Assembly (NCBI RefSeq): GCF_000143415.4
Contig: NW_003314367.1
Span: 528,857 to 592,856, forward strand
Origin: Selaginella moellendorffii
Lineage: Eukaryota; Plantae; Lycopodiophyta
Direction: 5' to 3'
Length of the DNA: 64,000 nt
A program made the position numbers and the translations under genes. This document shows positions 21,236-35,650 of the stretch, one piece after another. Below the pieces are notes generated by a model that was given only the letters and a program-made list of their open reading frames with translations, made no database searches and was not told where the DNA came from. Each line of letters begins with the position of its first letter. The stretch's first letter is position 1.

Positions 21236-22170
21236 GATTGGTTTTCCTCAGCTCTAGCGAAAGATAGAGGCAGATTATTGGGAGATGGCAAAGGCAGGGC
21301 AGAAACGAGCCAAGGCGGATATAAAACGTCCTTGTATGAAGCCTGTTGAAGCCTCCAGTCAAATAAGAGGCTATGGATGAGGAATCTTTGCATGAGGAGG
21401 ACACCAGTGAGGAAACTTCTAAACAGGAGTTCGGTAGTGAGGTCCGGTTGTCCAAGGCTCAATTAGACATTCTAGAAGGAAAGTTGGCACAAACTAATGC
21501 CCTGCTGGAGACTCTCGTACGCAAGCTAAAGCGTGACAAGAAGTGGAAGAGAAGGCAAAAGACTGCGGATGCTGGTAGCGCAGAAGGTACGGACCCTTCG
21601 GTAGGGACTAAGACAGAACCAAACAAGGTTGAGCAAACCGAAATGGAATCAGTCCCTCAGGCAATTCCCAAGTAGAAACCAAAGCCCCCACCGGTCTTCA
21701 TGGGAGTGAATGACTATAAGGTGGTGGAGGATTGGTTTTACGATATGGACTACTTCCGAGCGTTGCGGTTACCAAGTTCGGAGAAGGTCCCATGTGCAAA
21801 ACCATACTTGGCAGATAATGCCAAGTCTTGGTGGAGAATGACAGAGGCTAACAAAGGACCGGTGGCCACTTGGGAAATGATGAAGGTGAGGATCCGCGCA
21901 ACTTATGTTCCTCTGAATGCTACTCTACACCTAAGGGAGGAGCTGAGTAGTCTGAAGTAGACCGGAAGCATTCAAGAGTATGTGAATGTGTTTATGGCAA
22001 AGAAGATACTTGTCATGGATATGGGTGATATGGATGCATTCCATGCCTTCATATCAGGCTTGCAAACCTCGGCTTGCAGCGAAGTGATGCGTTAGAACCC
22101 GACTAACTACAAAGAAATATTGGATGCGGCTATCAAGGTGCATTTCAATGATAACTTGCAAAAGGGGACT
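21236..22170 (+). pseudogene. Family A gag fragment without LTR
   Basis: Leader TTTTCCTCAGCTCTAGC, then MDEESLHEEDTS..KPKPPPVFMGVNDYKVVEDWFYDM..AKSWW, with TAG stops. Confidence 0.85.
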
Positions 22171-25100
22171 TGGGTTTGCAATATCGGTAAGATGTTGCTA
22201 ACACTTGCTTATACAACTTGAGTTCTTGAGTATTGTTAATCGGGATCTATACAAATTGGCTAGTGTGATAGTTGGCATGAACGAGTGTTGGTCATGCAAT
22301 AGTCATTCTATTTTGTTGATTGTTGCTCAAGTTACTTCTGATAGATTAGGATGTTATTTCCTTTGGGAGATACATTCACAAGCATTGTACTTGTCAGTCT
22401 ATAATACTTTGTATTCTTCGAGCTATGTTTTGTAAGTTGTTTAATATGCTATCTGAAATCTTTGATAATTTAGTTTTATCATTGAGTTTTATTGATGATA
22501 CACTAGCTATAGAATTTTGTTGGATAGTGCATCCTATGTTTTTCAATTATGATGATCTTGGTCGTTCCTATACTATAATACTTTTTTATCGGATGATAAC
22601 TTACTTGGACTACTTTTGTGTTCTAATCTAAGCTTTATTCACTAATAATTAAGTCTCTAGGATATTATTGTCTATGACTTTGATATTGTCCATCTATTGA
22701 TCTTTGAGTTTGGGCCAGTATAGGCAGACTGGCTTTGGCACTTCATGTGCATAATGAAATCTCTAGTTATGGAGTAGCTTAATTCATTTAAGTTGGTGTA
22801 TTTCTCATATAATGTGATCACTGTGAACTTGTTTTGGAGTTGTTTTCTTGGTGGTGGTCTAGACTGGAATATGCATCGATGAGGATGTCGATCTTCCCTA
22901 AGGGGGGGAAAGTGCCACGAATGTGACTTTGGGTATCGAAAGTTATCTATCGGCTAGTCCTTTCGGATATTATTTGCTTACTGCCACGACGGCAAGAGGT
23001 CGGTATTGCTGGACCCTTTATTAGTCTCCCCTTAAACTAGTTGAGAAACTGGTCTTCACGTATGCACTTGACCAAATGAGCATAAGAACAGAATTCCTAA
23101 GTGCTATTAGTCAAGTATACATGACCTAGTTAGAGAAACTCATTTGCTGACTTGCACTTGCTATGACCCCGAGGGCATCCCCCACACTTGGTAGTGGCAA
23201 TCTATAGCAACCAAGATTGGGTGTCCCCATCTCACTCACCACATCCTTAGTGCCACTTACACCAAAGTGTTCAAGTTAGATATGCTGAACTTTCATACTA
23301 AGTAATTTAACTATCTATCACGACTTTGGGGCATCCCCCACTTGGTGATGTGCCCAAGCTAGTCTCTTTACTAAAAGTCCATGATCACCAAAATGAAACA
23401 CTTCTTGTCAGAGCTTGACCTCCAAGGATAACAGAGTCAGTAGGCCAATCCTTTGATCGAGTTTGATTGCAAGATTTTGGATAAACATGGGAAGAGCAAT
23501 ATCATGGTAGATGCTCTAAATCGAAAAAAAAACATAAAGTTGGAAATATCCAACACAATACCTTTTGGGATGATGTATAGACTATAAGGAACCAACTCCC
23601 CAATGTGTCATAGGCTAAAGAATCCCCGAAAGCACGACTGAAATAATAAAAAGTTCATCGGATGGGACTGAGTCCGAGATCAATTCCAAAATCGATTTTG
23701 AGACTAAGATCAAGATAGAGTCCGGGTTCAAGTCCGAAGCCAACACGGAGACCGAGTTCGAGGCTGAGTTCGTGACCGAGTTCAAGACAGAGTCCGAGAT
23801 CTGAGATCAGGTCTGAGACCAACTCCAAGGTTAAGTCCAAGGTTGAGCCTGAGATCGGGTCCGAGGTCAAGTCCGAGATCGAGTCTGAGACCAAGTCCAA
23901 AGTCAGGTCCGAGATCGAGTCTAATATCGAGTCCATGACCGAGTCCGAGTACTAATACAGGTCAAGTGGTGAAAGCCCAAAGTGTGTGTCTCCCAAGGGG
24001 GGGGGGGAGGGGCGCTGCAGGGGATTCCAAAAGTATAGTAGGGATAGTGAGGTCCAGGAACCAGCCTTGAAGGAACTCCCTAGTAGTGATTCCAAACTGA
24101 CTTGAGGTTGAGACTAGGGCCGAGGGGCCTTGGGTGGGAGTGAGCATGGACTTGGGTGGTGCCGGAGGGGCCACCCAAGGAAGTGCTCAAGAGCAGCTCC
24201 CACTTTTGTAAGGGAAACTGACTGCGGTGCTCCTGGCTCATATAGAGTAGTGCCCCACTTGAGTAACTTCTAGCTCATTGGTCCTCGCCCTTTCTAGGGG
24301 CTTGGGCCTTCCCTTTGGGATGGAAATGGGGGCATAAAGATACCCATACCGGGCTGTTAAGCCACAATGTTTTGCCCCGGCGTCCCATAGCACATGTTGC
24401 ACCCAAGGCTTGGGATTTAGAGGGTCCTATGATCAAGTCTTGTTGTACCAAGGGATGTTAGGAACCTGGAGGCTTAGTGTGCCTGGCTGCTTGTGCATGT
24501 GGGGAGTGTAGTCGAACCTTAAGTCCAGTCTAACCTGGGAAGGGGGATTGGGCGAGATTTGGGAATCTGTGGATGGATGGCTAATGCTCTGTTGCTCGTG
24601 CAGTGAGTAGTTGAAACCAAGTAGGACCAAGTAAGAGCTGGTACAATAGGCGGGAACGTTGGTGAGGGAACTTAGTTAAAAGCCAAGGCAGTGTTGGTCA
24701 GATAGATGAGGTCAACTGGCAAATTGGAAAGGAAAAATTCGTGGCTTACAATTTGGTATGTAAGGGTCAAGGTCAAAGTCCTTGAACACAATAGGGTCAA
24801 GGTCCACATTTAGCAAAGGGGCTAAACCAAGAGGAACATATAGCAAAGGGAATTTCAAGAAGAGCTTCTCTAAGAATGAGTCCTTGGGGTTCCGAAAAGG
24901 CAAATCTGGTGGCCAGCGAGCAAGTACGTGGGGGAGTCAAGAAAAAAGAGACAAACCCATGGATAAGAAAAGTTAAGTTTGTTAGTAGCGTGGGAAACAA
25001 CATATGCTTCAACTGCAATAAAGCGGGCCACTTTTTGAAGGAATGTCCCAACCCAAAGAAGGTCAAAGCCAATATGGCCATTAAGTCAAGTGAAATCCAA

Positions 25101-28100
25101 ACTGAGGTATGTAATTCAGTTCTTAGCTCAAAGTTACTCATTACACGAGAAACTTTGGTAGAGAGTCGTTTGCAACATCTACTAGCCCTCCGAGGGAACC
25201 TCAAAAGTAGCTTTGTTAAGATCCTTATTAACATGGGTGCTTTGGATAATTTTGTGGCTGCAAACATAGTCCAGCAAGCCAGACTAACGGTCCAACGGCT
25301 GGGTGAACCAAGGTGTCAGCGACTAATTTTTCCATTCTACTTTAATCACTTAACCACCTCTCCGATCACTAGAAAGAGCCTCACTCACAACCTCCATATG
25401 TCCAATTCAAAACTTGGGGCTTGCTACCCTGAGAATGGCGTCCATGCCACTCAATCTTTGCACTTGGCACAAGTGCTCCACATGTCTGATCCCAAGACCG
25501 ACACCCCAAGGTACCAGTGACCTATCAGCCTATTACGCTAGGCCATGCCCATTCACCTTGGTCACATCGGTGGTCCAACACCACCTATATTGCAATCCCG
25601 TCTCTCAAAGATTGGGCCATCCGTCCATGAATGGTCATCCCAGATCCACTCCCTAGCATCCCTAGGATGCCCGCAGACATGGGGGATAGCCTTCCCCAAT
25701 ATCTCTTTTCCAATCCCCACCAAGTCCCTTTCTGTCCATGGCCGTATTTGCCAACACTGCCATTGGATCAAGGCCCACAGGCCCGACCATTAAGTCCCAC
25801 TATCCTCTGGGACTTCCTCATTGTGTGACTGTATCCTTGGTCACCACACTAGAGGATTGCTCCTCTTCCTTTCCACAGTCTTGGCCTTTGGAACAACATT
25901 TCTTTACACCGTGGCCCTACGCAGGCCTCCTGGGTACTCTCGCTGCCTTTTGCCTTTGGGTGCTCTAGCCATGGGCTTAGAGTGAGGTTCTGTTGAGCCA
26001 TGCTAGGTATCTAAGTAGGTAGTGCCACCCACACTTGGACTGGGAGCATCAACCATTCGATCTCCCGGGGGAACTAGAGCCGACTCTTGAACACTTCACC
26101 AAGCTACCCCACTTGTCGGTCCGTATTCACTCTAGTTTTGGACTTCCCAGTGGTCATCCCATCACCCAACAGCTGGGTATGGCCTTTCTGGGCCTAACTA
26201 GCCTTTTCTGGCCAAACTGGCTCCACTGAGCTCCAAGCCCCACACTCTTCCTACTATACTTTTCAAACCCCCTGCAGCCCCCCCCCCCCCTCCTGCCCCC
26301 CTAGGGGACGATCGCCTTGGGCTTTCACCCAATAGCATGTATTAGTATTCAGGCTCGGACTTGGACTCAAACTCGGACTTGGACTCGGTCTCAGTCTCGG
26401 TCTCGGTCTCAGTTCCATCTCAGACTCCATCTCGGGCCCATTCGGACTCCATCTAGGGTCCATCTCAGACTCCATCTTAGACTCCATTTCGGACTCCATC
26501 TCAGAGTCCATCTCGGGTCCATCTCGGACTCCGTCTCAGACTCCATCTCGAGTCCATCTCGGACTCCATCTCGGGTCCATCTCGGACTCCATCTCAGACT
26601 CCATCTGGGGTCCATCTCAGACTCCATCTCAGATTCCATCTTGGGTCCATCTCGGACTCCATCTCGGGTCCTCTTGTGTCCCTTTTCTAGAGAGTCACTT
26701 ATCACTCACTTCGTGCTTGTTCTTCGAGCACTTCATTGGGAGTTTCACTCCCGCTTTTGACCTTTCAAGTTGGAGATTTTGGTCCAAACGTGTTACGCTT
26801 GTTTGGCTTTCACTTTGGCCACTACCACGTGGCACCCTTTTGGATCCACTTTGGAGCCTCGGGATTTTGTGTCTCACAACTCCACCACCCATAGATGAAG
26901 TTCGATGTCCTCATCGAACGATAAACTATTTTATAAAGTAATACCAACATGTATTACCCTTTCCATTGTTGGCACCTCGCCAATATTTGTCAATGGTTTG
27001 ATACTGAAGGCTCACCATGCCTTGCCCATCCTCTACGGAGGATAGTCTCTCCAACCTAGAGACTGTTTGGACCACTTGTGGTGGTTTTCTCCTTTTATTG
27101 GTTTAGTTCTCGCTAAACTTGTTAAAGACACCATCTCTATCTCAATCCCATTACTCCTCTTGAGTAGTTTTAGTTTCCATCGATATAACCTTTGCACTTT
27201 GGAGCTTTTACTTTTGACTTTTTGAAGTCAATTTCCTAGGTGTCTTCGACACCTTGCATTGCACATATTATGCAACTCCACTTCCCCATCCTAGGAAGTT
27301 CTCTACTTAAGGGCACCATCATCCTCTCTTATATTTCGTGCCACCTTGGGCACTAAGTTCACTTTGGGACCCTCCCATGGGTCTCTTATAGAGACTACTT
27401 TCTTCGGACTCCCTATGCCATTGCATTGTCACAGATTTTCCATTAGGTGTTCTTCCGACTTGGTCACCTTGACCAAGCCATACCATCATTAATAGTTCAA
27501 ATCAACGCTTTGAACTAGGAACCTTATCCACTTTACCTTACAAGGACCTTGTCCTTGTTTTAGCCATAAGATCACCTTGTGATCTAACCTTGGCACTTTA
27601 ACAAGTTTGCCAATAGGTATTAAGTCCTCCAGACCTTTAAGTTGTTCACCATGATCTCGAGGGCATCCCCCACACTTGGCGGTGCACCCAAACCAGCCCT
27701 TCTGGCTAAGGGTCGATAGCAACTGAGACTGGGTATCCCCATCTCATTCACCACGTCCTTGGTGCCATTCGCACCAAAGTGTTCAAGTTAGATATGCCAA
27801 GCCACAATAAGCAATCTAACTATGCATCACAACTCTGGGGCATCCCCGACTTGGTGGTGTGCCCAAGCCAGTCTCTTTATTGAGAGTCCATGAAGACCAA
27901 AAAATGAGTGTCCTCATATTCCAAACCATCACCGCACCCTAGTGAGTTGGGACTGAAACCCAAGCAAAAATGCACCTTGATAGCCGCATCCAACACTTCT
28001 TTGTAATTAGTCGGGTTCCAACGCATCACCTCGCCACAAGCCTAGGTTTGCAAGCCTGATATGAAGGCATGGAACGCATCCATATCCCCCATGTCCATAA

Positions 28101-30379
28101 CATGTATCCTCTTTGCCATAAACCCATTCACATACTCCTAAATGGTTCCAGTCTACTTTAGCCTACTCAGCTCCTCTCTTAGATGTAGAGTAGCATTCGG
28201 AGGAATGTAATTCATGCGGATCGTCACCTTCATCATTTCCCAAGTGGCCACCGGTCCTTCATTGGCCTCTGTCGTTCTCCACCAAGACTTACACATGGGA
28301 CCGCAACGCTCGGAGGTAGTCCTCCATATTGTAAAACTAATCCTCCACCACCTTATAGTCGTTCACTCCCTTGAAGATCAGTGGGGGCTTTGGTTTATAC
28401 TTGGGAACGGCCTGAGGGATTGATTCCACTTTGGTCTGCTTGACCTTGTTTAGTTTTGCCTCAGTCCTTGCTGAAGGGTCTACACCTTCTACGCTACCAT
28501 AATCCGTAGTCTTTTGCCTTTCCTTCCGCTTCTCGTCACGCTTTAGCTTGCATATGAGAGTCTTCAGCAAGGCGTTGGTCTGTGCCAATTATCCTTCTAG
28601 AACGTCCAATCGAGCCTTGGACAACCAAACCTCACCAGCAGACTCCTGTTTGGAAGTTTCCTCACTGGAGTCCTCCTCATGCAAGGATTCCTCATCCATA
28701 GCCTTTGGTTCGATCAGAGGCTCCAGCTCTTGAGAAGGTTTCGTCTCTATCTTGGTTCATTTCCACTCTGCCTTTGCCATCTCCCAACAATCCGCCTCTA
28801 TCCTTTGCTAGAACTGAGGAAAAGGCTCTGATTCCAAATTGTAAGCCATAAATTTTTCCTTTCCAATTTGCCAGCTTACCTCGTCTATCCAACCAACACT
28901 GCCTTAGCTTTTGCTAAGTTCCCTCGCCAATGTTCCCGCCTATTATACCAGCTCCTACTTGGTCCTACTTGGTTTCAGCTACTCATTACACGAGCGATGG
29001 AGCATTAGCCATCCATCCACGGATTCCCAAATCTCTCCTAATCCCCCTCCCCGGGTTAGACTTGACTTAAGGTTCGGTTACACTCCCCGTAGGCACAAGT
29101 AGCCAAGCACACCAAACCTCCAGGTTCCTAACATCCCTTGGTACAACAAGACTTGATCATGGGACCCTCTAAATCCCAAGCCTTGGGTGCAACACTTGCT
29201 TCGGGACACTGGGGCAAAACACCATGGCCTAACGACCCGGTATACCCCCCACTTCCATCCCGAAGGGAAGGCCCAAGCCCCTAGGAAGTGCAAGGACCAA
29301 TGAGCCACAAGGTACTCAAGTGGGGCACCACTCTACATGAACCGGGAGCACTAAAATTGGTTTCCCTTTCGGGAGTGGGAGCTGCTCTTGAGCACTTCCT
29401 TGGGTGGCCTCTGCGACACCACCCGAGTCCATGCTCACTCCCACCCAAGGCCCCTCGGCCCCAGTCTCAACCTCAAGTCAGTTTGGAAGCACCACTAGAG
29501 AGTTCCTTCAAGACTGCATCCTTGGACCTCACTATCCCTACTATACTTTTGGAACCCCTGCAGTGCCCCCCCCCCCCCCCCTATGGGAGACATACGCTTT
29601 GGGCTTTCACCCCTTGACCTGTTGACTTGTATTAGTACTCGGACTCGGTCTCAGACTCAATCTCAGACCTGACTTCGGACTCGGTCTCGGACTCTATCTC
29701 AGACTCGATCTTGGACCCGATCTTGGACTCGACTTCAGATTCGACTTCAGACTCGGTCTCGGACCCGATCTCGAATCTCGAACTTTGTCTCAAACTCGGT
29801 CTCGAACTCGGCCTCGGTCTCCAAGTCGGCCTCAGACTCGAACCCGGACTCTATCTCAAACTCAGTCTCAGAGTCGGTCTTGGACTCGATCTCAGACTCG
29901 GTCCCATCCGATGAACTCTTTATCATTTCGGTCGTGCTTTCGGGGATCCTTTAGCCTATGACACCTTGGGGAGTTAATTCCTTTCAACTCCACCACTTAT
30001 AGAAGAAGTTCGATACCCACATCAAATGTCTCGAGGGGTATCCCCCCACTTCATGGTGTGCCTAAGTTAGCCCCCCCCGGCCAAGAGCCCATGACAACAA
30101 AATATAGGTGTCCCTATACCCCTCACCTCACCACACTCTAGTATGGGGTCATGACTTGAACCCAACCTTGCTTTATTAGGGGGTTGGGACTCGAAGCCAA
30201 CCTCTGTAGAATACGTCTACAGATTCAACATCCCGGTGGGGAGTCGGGTGTAGTTCCCTAAGCCTGGTCGACCTAGCTAACCCATGTTAATTAGCTTTCC
30301 TTCGGCACGCCTTCGGGTCTTAACATATGCCATTGCTCAACTTCACAAATTGATACTTTAATTGAACTTTGCATAAGTA

Positions 30380-33120
30380 TATAGAGTTTTGCCTTGCAGA
30401 AATTCCTCCACTAAATCTCGCGCGTTCGCTACGTTCTCCTCCAGTTCCCATGTTGCTTCACAGTGTGGAAATCCTTTCCACTTCACATGGAACTCTCTCA
30501 CTTCGGGTCCTTGTCATTTGCTCTTGTGCGCATTGAGGATGGCCTCGACTTCGTATGCCTCTTCCCCTTGGACAACCTCAGGTAAAGGTCTTACTTGGTC
30601 CTTGCGAAGCGGATCCTCAAAGTACGGCTTGAGTAAGTTCACGTGGAACACTGGATGCATCTTTTCCATCTCTCGAGGAAGTTAGAGACAATAAGCCACT
30701 TTACCGATTTGTGCCTCAATCTCATAAGGCCCCACAAACCTGCTTAAGGAACTCAAAATCAATTCATTTATAGGAATACATGCATCTTACCTTTGGGTCA
30801 ACTTCCAACTGATCCCTCTTGGTAACCTGAGGTTTTTGGTGTTCAGCCACACCTTCTCCCTAGCTTGGAACTCTTCATCCCGACGTTTCTGGTTCGCATA
30901 CTTGGTTTGCCTTTGTTGAGCTTGTTCCAAGGAATCCCTCACTAGATTCCAAATGTTGAGTCTTTCTGTTGTGAATGCCTCCACTGTGGGTAACTTTCCA
31001 TGATACTTAACCACGCCAAGTTCCACATGACCTTCAATAGCTCGCCCATTGATGACTTCCCATGGACTCACCCCGATACTCGAATGTGGTGAGTTGTTAT
31101 AACACATTTCCACAAGTCCCAAATGACTTACCTAATCAGTCTGGTCTCCCAAGACATAGCATCGAAAATAATCCTCCAGTTGCCTATTCACCCTTTCTAT
31201 TTGTCCGTTTGTCAAGAAATGTTACTGCCATTAAACTTCACTTAAGACTCAATACATATCTGTGGGTGATAGGCTGTGCTGAATTTCAACTTGGTGCGAT
31301 ACTGTTCCAGGATAGTTCTCCAAAACCTACTAGTGAAGATCTTATCTAGATCTGAGATAATCTCTTTTGGCCTTCTCCGCACTCAAACCACTTGTTTGAA
31401 GAACAACTTCGCCACACCTTCTGCATCCACTTCCGTTGTGGTGGGTATGAAATGTGCCATCTTCGAAAATTGGTCCACCACCACGAATTTAATCAATCAA
31501 TCAAGCAATCAAACTCAGCCAAAGCATTGGCCCACCGACCTTGTTTCCCTCTTAGGTCAGGTTGTGACAAGAAGTGTTTCGTTGCCATATTATTCGTGTA
31601 AAACTTGAAGTGTCTGCCAAGATAATGTCGCCACTCCTTGAGTGCCTTGACCACCGCAAAGAATTCCTTTTCGTGGGCAGGCCACTTCCGTTGAGCCTTG
31701 TCTAACTTCTTCGAGAAGAACGCTACTGGATGGTTGTCTTGCTTCAAAACTGCACCCAACGCAAAGTCTGAAGCATCCGTTTCTACCTCAAAGTCCTTAC
31801 TAAAGTCTGGTAATGCCAACACAGGAGCCTTCCTCAACTTCTTTTTGAGGGGGACGAATGCCGCCTCGCATTCGGCTGTCCATACCATCTTCCCTTTTCC
31901 CATTTGGTCCGTTAAGGGCAGGGCTACTGTCGAATAGTGTTTGATAAACTTTTTGTAGTAGTTGCATAGCCCCAAGAATGCCCTTAACTCGTGTACATTC
32001 GATGGTCGCTCCCATTCTTGGATCGCTTGGACCTTCTTAGGGTCCACCTTGAGCCCGTCCTTGCCCACCACATGCCCGAGAAACTTTACCTCTTGTTGAG
32101 CGAAGTCACATTTGCTCTCTTTAGTATACAGCTGGTGTTCCCTTAGTTTCTCAAACACCTTTGTCAAGTGTTCGGCATGCTCCTCTAATGTTGATCAGGA
32201 TGTCGTCAATATAGACGACCACAAAGTGATTCAAATAGCGTACAAAGATGTGGTTCATCAACGCCGAAAACGTTGCCGGCGCATTTCATAGCCCGAAGGG
32301 CATCACTAGAAACTCAAAGCTCCCATACCTTGTTTGACAGGTTGTCTTCTCGACATCTTCCTTTGCTACCCTGATCTGGTAGTATCCTGACCTTAGGTTA
32401 ATCCTCGAGAAGTATTTTGCCTTTCCCAATCTATCAAACAGGTCCTCAATCCCTTGCAAAGGGTATTTATTCTTCTTTGTATACTTGTTGAGCAACCGGT
32501 AGTTTATGCACATGTGTATAGATCCATCTTTCTTTTTCATAAATAACACTGGTGCCCCATATGGCGACTTGCTTAACCTAACATACCCTTTTTCCACCAA
32601 CTTCTTTAGTTGGCACTTGAGCTCTTTGAGTTCTTTTTCATTCACACGATAGGGGGGACGAACCACCACCTCAGCACCCTCAACCAGCTCAATCTTATGT
32701 TCTATCGGTCGTGCAGGGGGCAACCCCGCCGGTAGCTCCTCCGGCATGGTATCCTGGAATTGGTCCAACACCCGCAGATCACTAAAGGTACTTTTTCCAT
32801 TCCCATCTTTTTGTCACTCTTCACCGAGAGTAAGCACAAAAATGCTGCCTTGGTTTCTTTTAATGAGTTGTCCTCTTCTGAACACTAGGTTTAGGCAGAA
32901 ATCTTTGGCCTTGCATTGCCCTACCTTTAGATCCTGGGCCTCCACCCTAGATCTTCTTCCTTGGGCATTCGCTAGTACCACAAGGTTCCTACCTTGTCTA
33001 TGCAGAGCTACCACAAACCAATTGAACCAATCCATCCTAAAGATCATGTCAAATCCCGCTATGTCCAATACGGTGAAATCCATGTCTACTTTCCATGTCC
33101 CTACTTTGATGTCGTAGTAG
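30380..33120 (-). pseudogene. Gypsy pol remnant (protease end, RT, RNase H, integrase, chromodomain)
   Basis: [10 protein letters not shown] and VYIDDI (~32200). RNase H FEVETDASDFALGAVL. Chromodomain YEVEAILN..FHVKWKGFPHCEATWE (~30400-30560). Stops, frameshifts and an integrase deletion near 31490. Confidence 0.92.
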
Positions 33121-33385
33121 ATGTCGTGAATGACTCTCTACCAAAGTTGCTCGTGTAATGAGTAACTTTGAGCTAGGGACTGGATCACATACCTCAGTTT
33201 AGATTTCACCCGACTTAATGGCTATATTGGCTCTGGCCTTCTTCGGGTAGGGACATTCCCCCGAAAAGTGTCCCACTTCATCACAGTTGTAGCATACATT
33301 GTTTCCCACGCTGCTAACCAACTTGACCTTCTTATCCATAGGTTTGTTTCTTTTTGCTTGACTCCCCTACGTACTTGCTCACTAG

Positions 33386-34056
33386 TGTAGCGCATGTAAT
33401 CATGGGATAAAATTTGGATATACTGTCACCATGGATCCTTGGAATCTTGGGGGATAAATGGGGATAAAATAGCTACTAAGGGCTCTCTCATCAAGCAATT
33501 GATCCTTTTCCAGTTGGTTTAAGGGGAGAGAGATAAGGTATGCTATAGTTGGTATCAGAGCAAATGGCACGGGTTCGATTCCCATTGATTAGTGGCTACC
33601 TAAAATATAATATACCCTTGAGCAAGGTATATTCCTACCCCTAAATTTGAAAATTATACGTATTGGGCATCCATGCGTACATCCTTCCTCTTGTGGAGCA
33701 TCCCAGACGAAGGTATCCACCGTGGGACTGCGGTACGGGTGGATGAGTAGCTGCCTCACATGGAATAGCTAGTCTACGCAATGGAAGGATTGGTAGATTC
33801 AGTGCAGAAATGGAAGTGCTGATTCCCCTTGGCTTAATAGGGGTTGTTAGTCAATAGTCAATGAGGACATTGACATCTCTGAAGGGGGGGTGAATGTAGT
33901 GCATATAATCATGGGATGAGATTTGGATATACTGTCACTGTGGATCCTTGGAACCTTGGGGGATAAATGGGGATAAAATAGCCACTAAGGGCTCTCTCAT
34001 GAAGCAATTGCCCCTTTTTCAGTTGGTTTAAGGGGAGAAAGATAAGGTGTGTTACA
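33386..34056 (+). mobile_element. TRIM family F, 162-bp LTRs and ~347-bp internal
   Basis: LTRs 33386-33547 and 33895-34056 (TGTAG...). PBS TGGTATCAGAGC at 33550-33561. PPT GAAGGGGGGGTGAA. Inserted in family A gag; TSD degenerate (ACTAG/GTTGG). Confidence 0.9.
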
Positions 34057-35650
34057 GTTGGCCACCAGATTTGCCTTTCCAGAACCTCAAGGACTCATTC
34101 TTAAAGAAACTCTTCTTGAATTTCCCTTTGCTATATGTTCCCCTTGGTTTGGCCCCTTTGCTAAATGTGGACCCTGACCTCGTTGTTCCCCTTTCACAGG
34201 TTATCATTGAAATACACCTTGATAGCCGCATCCAATGCTTCCTTGCAGTTGGTCAGGTTCCAACGCATCACCTCACTGCGAGCCCAGGTTTGCAAGCCTG
34301 ATATGAAGGCATGGAACGCATCCGTATACCCCATATCCGTGACAAGTATCCTTGAGCACTTCCTTGGGTGGCCTCTTCAGCACCATCTGAGTCCATGCTC
34401 ACTCCCACCCAAGGCTCCTTGGCCCCAATCTCAACCTCAAGTCAGTTTGGAAACACCACTGGATAGTTCCTTCAAGATTGGTTCCTAGACCTTACTATCC
34501 CTACTATACTCTTGGAACCCCTTGCAGCCCCCCCCCCTCCCCTAGGAGACACACGCTTTGGGCTTTCACCCTTGACCTGTATTAGTACTCGGACTTGGTC
34601 TCAGATTTGATCTTGGACTCGATCTCGGACCCGACTTCGGACTCGATCTCGAACCCGATTTCGCACTCGACTTCAGACTCGACCTTAGACTCGGTCTTGG
34701 ACCCGATCTTGGATCTCGGACTCTATCTTGAGCTTGGTCTCGAACTTGGTCTCGAAGTCGGCCTCGGATTTGATCCCAGATTCTATCTCAAACTCGGTCT
34801 CAGAGTCAGTCTTGGACGCAATCTCAGACTCGGTCCCATCCGATGAACTCTTTGTCATTTTGGTCATGCTTTCGGGGATTCTTTAGCCTACAATACCTCG
34901 AGGAGTTGGTTCCTTACATCCATCTCAGACTCCATCTCGGGTCCATCTCAGACTCCATCTCGAACTCCATTTTGGACTCCATCTCGGACTCCATTTTGGG
35001 TCCTCTTGTGTCCCTTTTCTAGAGACTCACTTATCGTGCTTGTTCGTTGAGCACTTTATTGGGAGTTCCACTCCCACTCTCAACCTTTCAAGTCAGAGCT
35101 TTTGGTTCAAACGTATTACGCTCGTTTGGCTTTTGCTTCAGCCACTACCACGTGGCACCCTTTCAGCTCAACTTTTAGGCCTAGGGATTTTGTGTCTCAC
35201 ACAAGGATGATAGAGTTTTCTCAAGGTAGCCAAAGCACCAATGAGATACTTCAACAAATGAAAGTCGAAGTAGGGACATGGAAAGTAGATATGGATTTCA
35301 CCGTGTTAGACATGGCGGGATTTGACGTAATCTTTGGGATGGATTGGTTCAATCAGTTTGTAGTAGCCCTGCATAGACAAGGGAGGAACCTTGTGGTACT
35401 GGCGAATGCCCGGGGAGAATGATCCAGGGTGGAGGCCCAGGATCTAAAGGTAGGGCAATGTAAGGCCAAAGACTCTTGTTTAAACCTAGTGTCCACGAGA
35501 GGACAACTCACTAAAGGAACCAAGGCAACATTCTTATGCTTACTCTTGGTGAAGAGTGATAAAAAGATGGGAATAGAAGAAGTACCTTTAGTGATACAGC
35601 GGGTGTTGGACCAATTCCAGGATACTATACTAGAAGAGCTATTGGCAGGG

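Larger units (their letters stand above)
16476..23163 (+). mobile_element. Non-autonomous element with family C LTRs and G+T-rich non-coding interior
   Basis: LTR start T(A/G)(T/C)CAC.AATGTGACTT.GGGTATCGAAAG at 16476 and 22913. PPT AGGGGGGGAAAG at 22901-22912. No pol ORF inside. Confidence 0.6.
27971..34918 (-). mobile_element. Family A chromovirus, tandem arrangement sharing LTR 28840-29986
   Basis: Order on -: partial LTR 34350-34918, gag end, protease, RT, RNase H, partial integrase, chromodomain, PPT, LTR, PBS (28825-28836), second gag fragment. Confidence 0.85.
25314..35201 (-). mobile_element. Family B non-autonomous LTR element with nested insertions
   Basis: TSD CAAGG at 25309-25313 and 35202-35206. 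3' LTR 25314-26878 next to PPT (ACTCCACCACC on +). 5' LTR remnant 34919-35201. Confidence 0.85.
23583..35650 (+). mobile_element. Younger family A element, 5' part (LTR 23583-24750, gag end, protease), split by element B
   Basis: LTR followed by ATTTGGTAT. CFNCNKAGHFLKEC knuckle. Protease ..VQRLGEPR at 25313 resumes as MIEFSQG..DVIFGMDW after 35206. Confidence 0.85.
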
